A stretch of 64,000 nucleotides of DNA, from contig OZ252098.1 in assembly GCA_965248355.1 (NCBI GenBank), positions 3,968,001-4,032,000 on the forward strand, given 5' to 3'. The notes beneath the pieces are model-generated. The model was not told where the DNA came from. It worked only from the letters and a program-made list of their open reading frames with translations, and ran no database searches. The translations under genes and the position numbers were made by a program. This DNA comes from Candidatus Latescibacterota bacterium (GTDB lineage Bacteria > Latescibacterota > UBA2968 > UBA8231). Position 1 is the first letter of the stretch; each line of letters begins with the position of its first letter. Positions 20,887-29,881 of this stretch are shown piece after piece.

Positions 20887-21441
20887 TCAGTCTTCCTGCG
20901 CGGTAATCGGGACCGCGAGATAGTTCCACCCGTCGCGCGCGTCCAACAGGCGATAGTTGCCGTCTTCGTACTCCCCGGGGAAGAACACGGCGATTCGGCC
21001 CCTGACATCCCCCTCGATCGCCCTCATCAGATCCGACAACCGGACGAAACCGAACAGCGAGGCAATGCCGTAGACCCCGACGACCGTCTGGTCGTCCGCT
21101 TCCGGCCCCGTCAGCTTCTGGCGCAGAAGACCGGCCACATGCGCCAGGAACTCGTCGAGCTTGAGCTCCAGGTCCTCGGGAGACTCGAAGTAGCTGTGCC
21201 GATACTCCAGGCCGGCCATCCACTCGGCGAAGGCAGCGGTCAGGTCGCACTCGATCCAGCGGTGGCCCGCCTCCCCGGTGGCCAGCTCGAAGAGAGTCTT
21301 GCGCGCCCGCAGCCGCCGCTCGTCGGTCCGGTCGTACTGGATGAAGAGGGTGCGCTGCGCCCCGGCCAGATCCTTCTGCCATGGAAGGGCGATGTAGCGC
21401 TCGTAGCGCTCGGCGAGTCGGTCGATGCGTCCCAAGGTCAA
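20887..21441 (-). CDS. brxB: BrxB (DUF1788-like)
   Basis: 184 aa; VFFPGEYEDGNYRLLDARDGWNYLA C-terminus; directly upstream of brxC. Confidence 0.8.
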   Translation of the reverse strand: MTLGRIDRLAERYERYIALPWQKDLAGAQRTLFIQYDRTDERRLRARKTLFELATGEAGHRWIECDLTAAFAEWMAGLEYRHSYFESPEDLELKLDEFLAHVAGLLRQKLTGPEADDQTVVGVYGIASLFGFVRLSDLMRAIEGDVRGRIAVFFPGEYEDGNYRLLDARDGWNYLAVPITAQED

Positions 21442-22226
21442 AGCTCCGGAAAAGACACGTCGATCATCGCGCCGGACTGCTTGAGGTCGAGCAGCCCCAG
21501 GCGTTTCGCCTCCCAGGCCAGTTCGACAAGCTCATCCGCTCCGGCGTCCAGGACCGCGCACCACGGGGTCTCGAACAGCAGGCGGCCTCGGCGGCCGGAA
21601 CCGAAACCGATCCGAAGCGCGTACATCGTGGCCGCGGGTGTCGCCTGCACGCGCTGCCGGGTCTTCCTGCTTCGGCCTTGCAGGTGGCCGGACTGGGTCC
21701 AGGAGGAAGAGGCGTTGCGCACGACCTTGTCGAGGATGGCCTCGTTGAGGCGCTCGCCGGCAAGCTCGGACACGGCGTCCTTCATGGGCTGCCGAGCGAA
21801 CTCGTGGCCGATGGGGGTGCGGAGCACGGCTGCCACGGTGGCCCGCAGCAGAGGATCGCGCGCCAGGGCGAAGAGCAGTGCCAGAAGCGGACGACTGGAG
21901 TCGTGCCGGTCCCACAGGAGCCTCAGAGTACGGAACAGGATCAGCCGCCGGTCGAGACCATAGAGCTCGGTCAGGCGCTGGAGAGAGTGCCTGCGGTTGG
22001 CCGAGGTCCGCTTGCCCAGGCAGTTGTCGTCCATGACGGCGCGCGTGTAGTCCCCGCGGACCCCCTCGGCCGGAGCAGCCTCCAACAGTTGCGACAGCTC
22101 GTCCAGCATGATCGTCCGGCTCGAATGAGTGCCCCGCTCGCCCGAACGGAAGCCCCAGGCAGCGGCTTCCTTAGGCGGGAGACCGGCGATCCCCCGCTCG
22201 AAGTCGAGGTCTGAGATCGTGTCCAT
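21438..22226 (-). CDS. brxA: BrxA-like first gene of the BREX operon
   Basis: 262 aa; first gene, 4-nt overlap with brxB; NCLGKRT and SSWTQSGHL motifs; assignment mainly positional. Confidence 0.55.
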   Translation of the reverse strand: MDTISDLDFERGIAGLPPKEAAAWGFRSGERGTHSSRTIMLDELSQLLEAAPAEGVRGDYTRAVMDDNCLGKRTSANRRHSLQRLTELYGLDRRLILFRTLRLLWDRHDSSRPLLALLFALARDPLLRATVAAVLRTPIGHEFARQPMKDAVSELAGERLNEAILDKVVRNASSSWTQSGHLQGRSRKTRQRVQATPAATMYALRIGFGSGRRGRLLFETPWCAVLDAGADELVELAWEAKRLGLLDLKQSGAMIDVSFPEL

Positions 22227-22400
22227 TACTTAAGGAAAGATAACCACCTGTCTTGAAGACACAAATCTTCGCCGGCTGGTTTGCCGGCGATTCTATAAGT
22301 GTTTATTTGAGCAGTTATTGCCAACTCTCTGACGAACGGGTGGGAAGCCTCAAGGACTTAGGTTACTTGAGCAAATAGCCGATCCTCTGCAAAGATCACC
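22227..22400. promoter_or_regulatory. AT-rich divergent promoter region at the BREX island edge
   Basis: Marked GC drop; palindrome TGTCTT-G-AAGACA (22249-22261); inverted repeat TCGCCGGC-N6-GCCGGCGA (22269-22290). Confidence 0.45.
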
Positions 22401-23132
22401 ATGCCAACCCGCGACAAAGCCCAACTGCAGCACCACCTCGAAGCCCTGGGCGTCCACCAGGGAGACACCCTCTTCGTCCACTCCTCCTTCAAGAGCCTGG
22501 GCCCCGTGGCCGGCGGGGCCGGCACCGTGGTCGACGCCCTGCAGGCCGCCATCGGTCCCGAGGGCCTCCTCCTCATGCCCTCCTTCCACCTGATCAGGTG
22601 GGACGACCGGGCCCGCCTCTGGGATTCGGCCGCGACGCCCTCCACCGTGGGGTGGCTCACCGAGTACTTCCGCCTCCTGCCGGACACGCATCGCTCCGAC
22701 CACTACTCGCACTCGGTGGCGGCCAGGGGCCCCGGCGCCGAGGACTTCGTGGCCGGCCACCTGGGCCATGAGGGCCTGCCCTCCTCCTGGGACCGGCTTC
22801 CCTGGGGGCGGACCTACGGCACCCACTCGCCCATGTTCCGCGCCTGCCGGCGGGGCGGCAGGCTGCTCATGCTCGGCGTCGACTACGAGACCTCCACCTA
22901 CATCCACCTCGTGGAGGTCCTCTACTGGGACCACCTGCGGCGGACCGATCCCGAGGCCGCCCAGCCCCGCCTGGACCGCCCCCGGCTGGGGGCCTGGTGG
23001 GACGACCACGGCCGGCCGGCCCGGGGGCTGGTGGGCGACTCCCCGTCCCGCCTCTTCGCCATCGACGCCTATGTCGACGCCCTGCTCGCCGAGGTCGCCG
23101 CCGCGCCCGGACGCTACCTTTCGCCCCGATGA
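22401..23132 (+). CDS. AAC(3)/YokD-family N-acetyltransferase
   Basis: LGV..GDTLFVHSSFKSLG, G.LLMPSF, G.LTEYFR, HSVAA.G, T.IHLVE motifs. Confidence 0.85.
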   Translation: MPTRDKAQLQHHLEALGVHQGDTLFVHSSFKSLGPVAGGAGTVVDALQAAIGPEGLLLMPSFHLIRWDDRARLWDSAATPSTVGWLTEYFRLLPDTHRSDHYSHSVAARGPGAEDFVAGHLGHEGLPSSWDRLPWGRTYGTHSPMFRACRRGGRLLMLGVDYETSTYIHLVEVLYWDHLRRTDPEAAQPRLDRPRLGAWWDDHGRPARGLVGDSPSRLFAIDAYVDALLAEVAAAPGRYLSPR

Positions 23133-23917
23133 ACGGTCCCCGGCGCGTCCCCATCCTGGTCTACCACCACGTCTATCCGCAGGGCTCGCCGGAGCTGGAT
23201 CCGGCGGCGGACGGGGCCGGCATCCTCGGCGAGGCGGCGTTCAGCCGGCAGATGCTCTACCTCGTCGGCAGGGGCTGGTCCGTGGTCTCCACGTCGAGGA
23301 TCGCGGACTGGCTCGCCGGCGAGGCGGAGCTGCCGGCCCGCTCCGTGGCCCTGCACTTCGACAACGGCTGGCTGGACACCCTCGAGGTCGCCTTTCCGCT
23401 CCTGGAGGAGCTGGGCATGACGGCCACCTGCTTCCCCATCACCGACGGCGTCGAGGCCGCCTCCCGGGGCGGGACGGCGGCCGTGCGCACCCTGACCGAG
23501 GGCGTGGTGGAGAAGCCCTTCATGACCTGGCACGACCTGCGGCGGCTGCTGGCCGCCGGCTGGGAGATCGGCGGGCACACGGCCACCCACTGCAAGATGG
23601 CGGAGAAGCTCGAGGCCGAGGGGGACGCCGGGGTCATCGAGGAGGTCCGGACCTCCCACGGGCTCATGGAGAGGCACCTCGGCCGGGCGCCCGTCCACTT
23701 CGCCTACCCCAGCGGATCCCGCACCGCCGCCACCGACCGAATCCTGGCGGGGTCCTACCGGACGCTGCGGCTGTGGCACGTGGAGTGGCCGGTGCGCTGG
23801 ACCTTCACCGGCCGCGGCACCTCGCCCCTGGCCCTCGACTGTCAGAACATCGACAGGAGGATCGGCTTCCGGGATTTCGTGCGGATCTTCGAGGAGGCCG
23901 GGGCGGACCCGGCGTGA
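23129..23917 (+). CDS. Polysaccharide deacetylase (NodB domain)
   Basis: ATGA overlap; VPILVYHH, LHFDNG, EIGGHTATH, FAYPSG. Confidence 0.85.
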   Translation: MNGPRRVPILVYHHVYPQGSPELDPAADGAGILGEAAFSRQMLYLVGRGWSVVSTSRIADWLAGEAELPARSVALHFDNGWLDTLEVAFPLLEELGMTATCFPITDGVEAASRGGTAAVRTLTEGVVEKPFMTWHDLRRLLAAGWEIGGHTATHCKMAEKLEAEGDAGVIEEVRTSHGLMERHLGRAPVHFAYPSGSRTAATDRILAGSYRTLRLWHVEWPVRWTFTGRGTSPLALDCQNIDRRIGFRDFVRIFEEAGADPA

Positions 23918-23935
23918 GGCCCCCGGGCGGGGGCC
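23918..23935. terminator. Short GC hairpin between convergent genes
   Basis: GGCCCCC-GGGC-GGGGGCC; no U-tract. Confidence 0.3.
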
Positions 23936-23942
23936 GATTGCC

Positions 23943-24668
23943 TCAGGCGAGGCGCTCGGCGTCGTCCTCCGGCGCGAAGCCCAGCTCCGACCGGGCGTTC
24001 TCCGTGTCCCAGTAGGCGCGGCGGTTGTCCGAGATCCCGTAGTAGATGCCGTACTTCACGTCCTCCGCCTCGACGGCGCGCCAGCAGAGCTGAACGGCGT
24101 CCCGGTGGCTCAGCCAGGTCGACAGGATGCGGTCGCTCTTGCGCTCGATGACGGCCTCCTCCGGCTGGAAGGAGCCGATGCGCAGGCAGATCACGGCGAG
24201 GTCGTGGTTGTCGGCGTAGTACCGGCCCAGGGCCTCGCCGTGGGCCTTGCTCGCCCCGTAGAAGCTGTCGGGGCGTACCGGCATGTCGGGATGGGTGGGG
24301 ATCCCCTCCTTCTCGTACATGCCGGTCACGTGGTTGGTGCTGGCGAACACGGCGCGGCCGCAGCCGCGGCGCACGCAGGCCTCGTAGACGCACCAGGTGC
24401 CCAGGCTGTTCTGGCGGTGGCAGTCCTCGAAGGAGGCGCTCACCTCCGGGTTGCCGGCCATGTGGATCACGGCGTCGCAGCCGTCCACGACCTGTTCCAT
24501 CTTCTCCAGGTCGGTGATGTCGGCGACGAAGACCTCCTCGCCGTCCCGGGCGGGCAGCACGGTCCGGTTGTAGAGCAGGCGCAGGTCGTAGCGCTCCTTC
24601 AGGCCCTCGCGCAGCACCCGGCCGATGCGGCCGGCCGCGCCCGTGATCACCACTTTCCGCTTCGCCAT
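23943..24668 (-). CDS. NAD-dependent epimerase/dehydratase (uronate dehydrogenase-like)
   Basis: ITGAAGRIG, FASTNH, YGASK, CLRIGSF, STWLS.RD. Confidence 0.85.
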   Translation of the reverse strand: MAKRKVVITGAAGRIGRVLREGLKERYDLRLLYNRTVLPARDGEEVFVADITDLEKMEQVVDGCDAVIHMAGNPEVSASFEDCHRQNSLGTWCVYEACVRRGCGRAVFASTNHVTGMYEKEGIPTHPDMPVRPDSFYGASKAHGEALGRYYADNHDLAVICLRIGSFQPEEAVIERKSDRILSTWLSHRDAVQLCWRAVEAEDVKYGIYYGISDNRRAYWDTENARSELGFAPEDDAERLA

Positions 24669-24693
24669 GCGCTCCTCCGCGGCCCCTCGCCGC

Positions 24694-24747
24694 TTGACGT
24701 TTCCGGGGGTCGAATCGTATTGTCAAGAACTGACGTAATCGTGTCAA
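24694..24747. promoter_or_regulatory. Putative divergent sigma70 promoters
   Basis: TTGACG-N18-TATTGT on plus strand; two TTGACA hexamers on minus strand in an AT-rich gap. Confidence 0.4.
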
Positions 24748-24778
24748 ATTACAACCACTTCCCACAATTCGAACCATC

Positions 24779-25939
24779 GTGACCCTCGCCTTCTGGACCG
24801 CGGCGGGACTGGTCCTCTACACCTACCTGGGGTACCCCCTGCTGCTCTGGGTCCTCACCCTCGGCCGCCGCCGCCGGGAGCGGGGCTCCAGGTCGCCGGA
24901 GCCGCCGTCGGTGAGCCTGATCGTGACGGCCTACAACGAGCAGGCCGTCCTCCGCGACAAGCTCGAGAACACCTTCGCCCTCGAATATCCCGCAGACCGT
25001 CTGCAGGTGGTGGTCGTCTCCGACGGGTCGACGGACGGCACCGACGAGGTGGCCCGTTCCTGCGAGGGCCGGCCGGGATACGTCTTCTTCCGGCAGGAGC
25101 CCAACGCCGGCAAGACCGCCGCCCAGAACGCGGCCGTGCGGGCGGCCACGGGCGATGTTCTCGTGTTCTCCGACGCCAACAGCATGTACGCCCCCGATGC
25201 CCTCCAGCAGCTCGTGATGTCGCTGGCCGAGGGTGTGGGGTGTGTCTGCGGCGAGCTGCGCTACACCAACCCCGCCCGCGCCGGGGCCGGCGAGGGCGAA
25301 GGATACTACTGGCGCTACGAGCAGTTCCTGAAGCGGCGCGAGAGCCGTCTCGGGGCCCTGGTGGGCGCCAACGGCTCGATCTACGCCGTGCGCCGCGAGC
25401 TGTTCGAGGAGCTCGATCCGCGGATCATCTCCGACTTCATCCTGCCCATCCGCCTGCGCCGCCGCGGGCACCGCGTCGTCTACGCGCCCCGGGCGGTGGC
25501 CGAGGAGGAGAGCGGCCGGGGCTTCGGCGAGGAGCTGAGGCGCCGGCGGCGGATCGTGGCCCGATCCCTCTACGGCCTGTGGCGGGAGGCAGGCGCCCTG
25601 AACCCCCTGGCCCATCCCCTGCTCGCCTTCCAGATCCTGTCCCACAAGGTCGTGCGCTGGCTCGTGCCCATCCTGCTGCTGGTGCTGCTGGCCGCCGGCG
25701 GAGCCGCCGCCGCGTCGGGGGTCGAGCCCTACGGGACGCTCCTGGCGGCCCAGCTCGGGTTCTACGGGCTGGCCCTGATCGGCGGTCTCTTCCCCCGCTG
25801 GTGCGGCCGCCTGAGCCTGTTCTACCTGCCGGCCTACTTCTGCGCCATCAACATCGGGGCCCTCCTCGGGCTTCTCGGCGCCCTGCGCGGAGAGCGTCAC
25901 ACGGTGTGGGAGCCGGTGACCCGCCCGGACCCGGACTGA
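24779..25939 (+). CDS. Glycosyltransferase family 2, membrane-bound
   Basis: AYNE, SDGSTDGT, GKTAAQN, FSDAN, GANGSIYA.RR; transmembrane segments. Confidence 0.9.
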   Translation: MTLAFWTAAGLVLYTYLGYPLLLWVLTLGRRRRERGSRSPEPPSVSLIVTAYNEQAVLRDKLENTFALEYPADRLQVVVVSDGSTDGTDEVARSCEGRPGYVFFRQEPNAGKTAAQNAAVRAATGDVLVFSDANSMYAPDALQQLVMSLAEGVGCVCGELRYTNPARAGAGEGEGYYWRYEQFLKRRESRLGALVGANGSIYAVRRELFEELDPRIISDFILPIRLRRRGHRVVYAPRAVAEEESGRGFGEELRRRRRIVARSLYGLWREAGALNPLAHPLLAFQILSHKVVRWLVPILLLVLLAAGGAAAASGVEPYGTLLAAQLGFYGLALIGGLFPRWCGRLSLFYLPAYFCAINIGALLGLLGALRGERHTVWEPVTRPDPD

Positions 25940-25943
25940 CCCC

Positions 25944-27413
25944 GTGTCCCAGCTCTGGGTCACCCTGCTGCTGGCCGTCTCCGACTTCCTGGCCATCAAC
26001 CTGGGGACGACGGCGCTGCTGTGGATGAAGCACGCCGGCGGCACCCTCTCCTCGGTGGAGCGCGCCTGGAGGGAGCTGCATCCCCAGGCCCCTCCCGAGG
26101 CCCCCTTCTCCTTCGCCCTCGAGTTCTACCTCCACGACGCCATGCCCCTGATCTGCCTGGGCTGGCTGGTGCTGTTCGTGTTCAACGGCCTCTACCGCCT
26201 GGGACCGACGACCTCCCGCTTCGACGAGGCGGTGCGCGTCTTCCGCGTCGTCACCATCGGCGTGCTGCTGCTCTTCATCATCACCTTCGACCTGCGGGGC
26301 GGATTCTCCTTCACCCGCGCCCTGGTGGTCTCCTACTGGCTCGTGCTGATCGTCCTGGTGGCGGGCGGACGGATCGCCCTGCGCAGCCTGCACCTGCGCC
26401 TGCTGGCCGGCGGCATCGGCCGCAGCAACGCCGTGATCGTCGGCACCGACGACCGCGGGCACCGGCTGCTGCAGGCCCTGGACGCCTCGCCGGCCCAGGG
26501 CTACGAGGTGGTCGGCTTCGTGCGCGCCCCCGGCGAGCCCGTGGTAGCCGAGGTGGGCGGGCTGCCCGTGCTCGGCGAGGTCGAGGACCTGGGGCGGATC
26601 GTCGGCCAGCGGGGCCTGAAGGCGGTCCTCATCGCGCTGCGCTCCAACAGCCACGAGGAGATCCTGCGCATCGTCGACGCCGCCGGCGGACCGGCCTCGC
26701 CCGTCTCCTTCGGGATCACCCCCGATCTCTACGACATCGTCACCGGCCACGTGCGCACCCACCAGATCTACGGCGTGCCGCTCATGGAGCTGCGCCCGCA
26801 GCTCATGGCGCCCTGGGAGAGCGCCGCCAAGCGGCTGCTGGACGTGGCCGCGGCGCTCCTCGTGCTCGGCGGGCTGGCCCCCCTGTGGGTCCTGGTGGCG
26901 GCGGCGATCAAGCTCGAATCGCCGGGCCCCGTCCTGTTCCGCCAGGAGCGCGTCGGCCGCAAGGGCCGGGTCTTCTCCATGTGCAAGTTCCGCTCCATGG
27001 TGGACGAGGCCGAGGAGAGCACCGGGCCCGTGTGGGTGAAGGAGGGGGACCCGAGGGTGACGAGGGTGGGCCGAATGCTGCGGGCCCTGCACCTGGACGA
27101 GGTCCCCCAGTGCCTCAACTTCCTGCGCGGGGACATGAGCCTGGTAGGCCCGCGGCCGGAACGGCCCTACTTCGTGGAGAAGTTCCGCGCCGGGATCCCC
27201 TTCTACATGCGCCGCTTCAACGTCAAGCCGGGGCTGCTGGGCTGGGCCCAGTCGAAGCACGAGTTCGACATGGACTCGACGGACCTGGTGCGCATCGCCG
27301 CGGAGCGCCTGGAGTACGACCTCTACTACATCGAGAACGCGTCGCTCATGCTGGACTTCAAGATCATGCTGCGGACCATCTGGTTCGTGCTGGCCGGCAA
27401 GAGCACGAGATAA
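25944..27413 (+). CDS. Polyprenyl glycosylphosphotransferase (WcaJ/WbaP-like sugar transferase)
   Basis: KRLLDV, KFRSM, DPRVTRVG, LDEVPQ, MSLVGPRPER, YDLYYIEN. Confidence 0.92.
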   Translation: MSQLWVTLLLAVSDFLAINLGTTALLWMKHAGGTLSSVERAWRELHPQAPPEAPFSFALEFYLHDAMPLICLGWLVLFVFNGLYRLGPTTSRFDEAVRVFRVVTIGVLLLFIITFDLRGGFSFTRALVVSYWLVLIVLVAGGRIALRSLHLRLLAGGIGRSNAVIVGTDDRGHRLLQALDASPAQGYEVVGFVRAPGEPVVAEVGGLPVLGEVEDLGRIVGQRGLKAVLIALRSNSHEEILRIVDAAGGPASPVSFGITPDLYDIVTGHVRTHQIYGVPLMELRPQLMAPWESAAKRLLDVAAALLVLGGLAPLWVLVAAAIKLESPGPVLFRQERVGRKGRVFSMCKFRSMVDEAEESTGPVWVKEGDPRVTRVGRMLRALHLDEVPQCLNFLRGDMSLVGPRPERPYFVEKFRAGIPFYMRRFNVKPGLLGWAQSKHEFDMDSTDLVRIAAERLEYDLYYIENASLMLDFKIMLRTIWFVLAGKSTR

Positions 27414-27430
27414 CGACGGAAGGAAAGCCC

Positions 27431-28219
27431 ATGAACGACGACGAGAGGTACCTCTTCGATCTGAACGGCTACCTGGTCCTGCGGCAGGTCCTCGACGCCG
27501 GCGAGGTGGCGGAGCTGAACGCGGCCATCGATCACCACGGCGCCGACCTGCGCGAGTACGAGCGCTCCCTCGCCGGGGGCTCGGCGGCCCTGAGCGGCAC
27601 CTCTCACCGCAAGGACCTGGGGGGCATGCTGGCCTGGGAGCGGCCCTGGTGCGAGCCCTTCCGGCGGCTCCTCATGCACCCCGGCGTCAAGCCCTGCCTG
27701 GAGGCCGTCCTCGGCGCGGGCTACCGCCTCGACCACGGGCCCGGCCTGATCGCCATGGACGCCGGGTGCGAAGGCGGGACCCTGCACGGCGGCGGCGTCG
27801 AGCGCGCCGACATGTCGGAGGCCTACTTCTTCAAGGCCGACCGCATCTACACCGGCCTCACCGTGGTCGAGTACCTGCTCGCCGACGAGGGCCCGGGCGA
27901 CGGCGGCGTCGCCGTGGTGCCCGGAAGCCACAAGGCCAACCTGCCCTGCCCGGGGAGCATGAAGGCCTGGGAGCGCTACCAGGAGCACGTCCTGGAGCTC
28001 AACGGCAAGGCCGGCGACGCGGTCATCTTCACCGAGACCCTGACCCACGGCACCCTGCCGTGGACGGCGGCCCACGAGCGCCGCGCCCTGCTCTACAAGT
28101 TCAGCCCGGCCTGCCTGGCCTACAGCGCCGGCGTCCACGGGGCGGAGTACCCCGACTACGTGGCCGACATGTCCGAGGAGGAGCGGGCGGTGATGGAGGC
28201 GCCCCACATCCGGCGGTAG
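27431..28219 (+). CDS. Phytanoyl-CoA dioxygenase (PhyH) family protein
   Basis: RBS AGGA; YLFDLNGYLVL, LHGG, GG..VVPGSHK, AGDAVIFTE.L.HG, RR.LLY. Confidence 0.85.
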   Translation: MNDDERYLFDLNGYLVLRQVLDAGEVAELNAAIDHHGADLREYERSLAGGSAALSGTSHRKDLGGMLAWERPWCEPFRRLLMHPGVKPCLEAVLGAGYRLDHGPGLIAMDAGCEGGTLHGGGVERADMSEAYFFKADRIYTGLTVVEYLLADEGPGDGGVAVVPGSHKANLPCPGSMKAWERYQEHVLELNGKAGDAVIFTETLTHGTLPWTAAHERRALLYKFSPACLAYSAGVHGAEYPDYVADMSEEERAVMEAPHIRR

Positions 28220-28225
28220 TCTGTC

Positions 28226-29881
28226 TCAGCCGTCCGCCTCCGGGACCTGCACCCGGGCCTCGAGCACCCTTCCCCGGAACCGCCCGGCGCCGTCCTGGAT
28301 GCGGCCCACCGTCACCGGCAGGTCCGTCCTCACCAGGCGGCCCCGGCCCCGTCTCTCGGCCAGCAGTACCCGGTCCGCGAACAGCCGTACCGCCTCCCCG
28401 TCGTAGGTCCCCACCAGGTGATGCTCTCCCGCCGGCAGCGGCCGGGGCGCCCAGGCGCGCAGACAGCCCCGGTCGGTGTTGACCAGGAAGCTGGGCCCCG
28501 GCGCGCCGGCGTTCAGCCCGCCGTTGTGGCCGTGGTCGCACCAGCGCAGGCTGAAGGCGCCGCTGTCGCCGAGGGTGTCGCAGCGCAGCACGATGCCGTG
28601 GGTGACGAACTCCTCCGGGCGGCCGGGGCGCCGGCCCTGCTGCCAGGGCGCGGCGTAGAAGAACCGGCCGTCGAAGGCGCCGCCGTTGTAGCCGGCGCTG
28701 CGCAGGCCGTCGGTGGCCGAGGCGTCGCGGGACTTCCAGCTCGACGGGTCCTCGAAGGGGCGGGTCACGTCGTAGCGCAGGTAGAAGGAGTGGAACAGGT
28801 TGTCCCGCTTTCCGGGTCCCACGTGCCGGAAGAAGGGCTGGAAGTAGACGAAGCGTCCGTCGAAGAAGCCGCCGTCGAACCCGGTGGTGCGCAGGCCCCC
28901 GGTGGGGTCGGCGTCGTGCGCCGACCAGGCGGCCGGATCGTCGAAACCGCCGCGGGTGTCGTAGCGCACGATGCGCCCGTGGCCGTAGGCGCAGTAATAG
29001 AGGAAGGTGCCGTCGAAGACGGCCCCCACCGCCATCCGGAAGCCGAGGGGGCGGGCGTCGAAGGCCTCCCATGAAGCCGGATCCTCGAAGGGCCTGGTGG
29101 TGTCGCAGCGCACGGCGAGGCCGCTGTCCAGGGGCACGAAGTAGGCGTAGCGCCCGTCGAAGGCGCCGCCGTCGAAGCAGGCCGCCCGCGGACCCAGGAA
29201 GGCCGTGATATCGACGCTGGCATAGCTGGACCGGCAGCGGAACTCCCCCTGCGTGTCGAAGCGCAGGACCCGGCCGCAGGGCTCGTCCTCCTTGCGCGGG
29301 TCCCCCGAGAACCCGGGGCAGAAGTAGATGTACCTCCCGTCGAAGGCGGCGCTCTGCTGCGAGTGGGCCTCGCCCATGTCGAAGGCCGACCAGCTGGCCC
29401 CGTCCTCGAAGGCGCCGGCCGTGTCGTAGCGCAGCAGGTGGCTGTGGTAGCGGCTCATGTCGATCTGCCGGGGCACGAAGTAGACGCAGCGTCCGTCGAA
29501 GACACCGCCGTAGTAGCCGCGGGTCTCCAACCCGTCCGTGCTGCCGGCGTCGAAAACCTGGTAGCTGGCGGGGTCGCGGAAGTCGCCTTGCGTGTCCAGC
29601 CGCAGCACCACGCCGTGGGTGGGATGCCCGGGCTCGCCGTGCTGCTCGGGCACGAAGTAGACGTAGCGGCCGTCGCACACGGCGCCGAAGTAGCCGCGGC
29701 TGGGCAGCCCCCCGGTGCCGGCGGCGTCGAAGGCGGCGAACCCGGGCCATTCGTCGGGGGGCCGCCACTGCGAGACCAGGGCCTGCAGGGCCTCTCCGCG
29801 GCCGTCGTCGGCCACCACCCGGGCGCTCACGGTCAGCGCCGTCCCGGGAGGGCCGGCCACGACCTGGGCGCCGTCGCTCAC
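28226..29881 (-). CDS. Seven-repeat beta-propeller-like protein inserted in a LamG-like domain (551 aa)
   Basis: GTGA overlap with upstream stop; seven G.x.FDGRYxYFxP repeats; C-terminal HHLVGTYDG..VRLF.D...FRG LamG-like strands. Confidence 0.7.
   Translation of the reverse strand: MSDGAQVVAGPPGTALTVSARVVADDGRGEALQALVSQWRPPDEWPGFAAFDAAGTGGLPSRGYFGAVCDGRYVYFVPEQHGEPGHPTHGVVLRLDTQGDFRDPASYQVFDAGSTDGLETRGYYGGVFDGRCVYFVPRQIDMSRYHSHLLRYDTAGAFEDGASWSAFDMGEAHSQQSAAFDGRYIYFCPGFSGDPRKEDEPCGRVLRFDTQGEFRCRSSYASVDITAFLGPRAACFDGGAFDGRYAYFVPLDSGLAVRCDTTRPFEDPASWEAFDARPLGFRMAVGAVFDGTFLYYCAYGHGRIVRYDTRGGFDDPAAWSAHDADPTGGLRTTGFDGGFFDGRFVYFQPFFRHVGPGKRDNLFHSFYLRYDVTRPFEDPSSWKSRDASATDGLRSAGYNGGAFDGRFFYAAPWQQGRRPGRPEEFVTHGIVLRCDTLGDSGAFSLRWCDHGHNGGLNAGAPGPSFLVNTDRGCLRAWAPRPLPAGEHHLVGTYDGEAVRLFADRVLLAERRGRGRLVRTDLPVTVGRIQDGAGRFRGRVLEARVQVPEADG

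Noticed and set aside
22401..23132. Acquired aminoglycoside resistance gene
   Set aside because: The AAC(3)/YokD fold is widespread; host-like GC, coupled to a deacetylase, no mobile context on that side
26021..28219. 732-aa, 807-aa (49002-51425) and 1073-aa (29878-33099) ORFs as large fusions
   Set aside because: The N-terminal extensions are Arg/Pro/Gly-rich off-frame overlaps of upstream genes; better starts are 27431, 50304 and 32442
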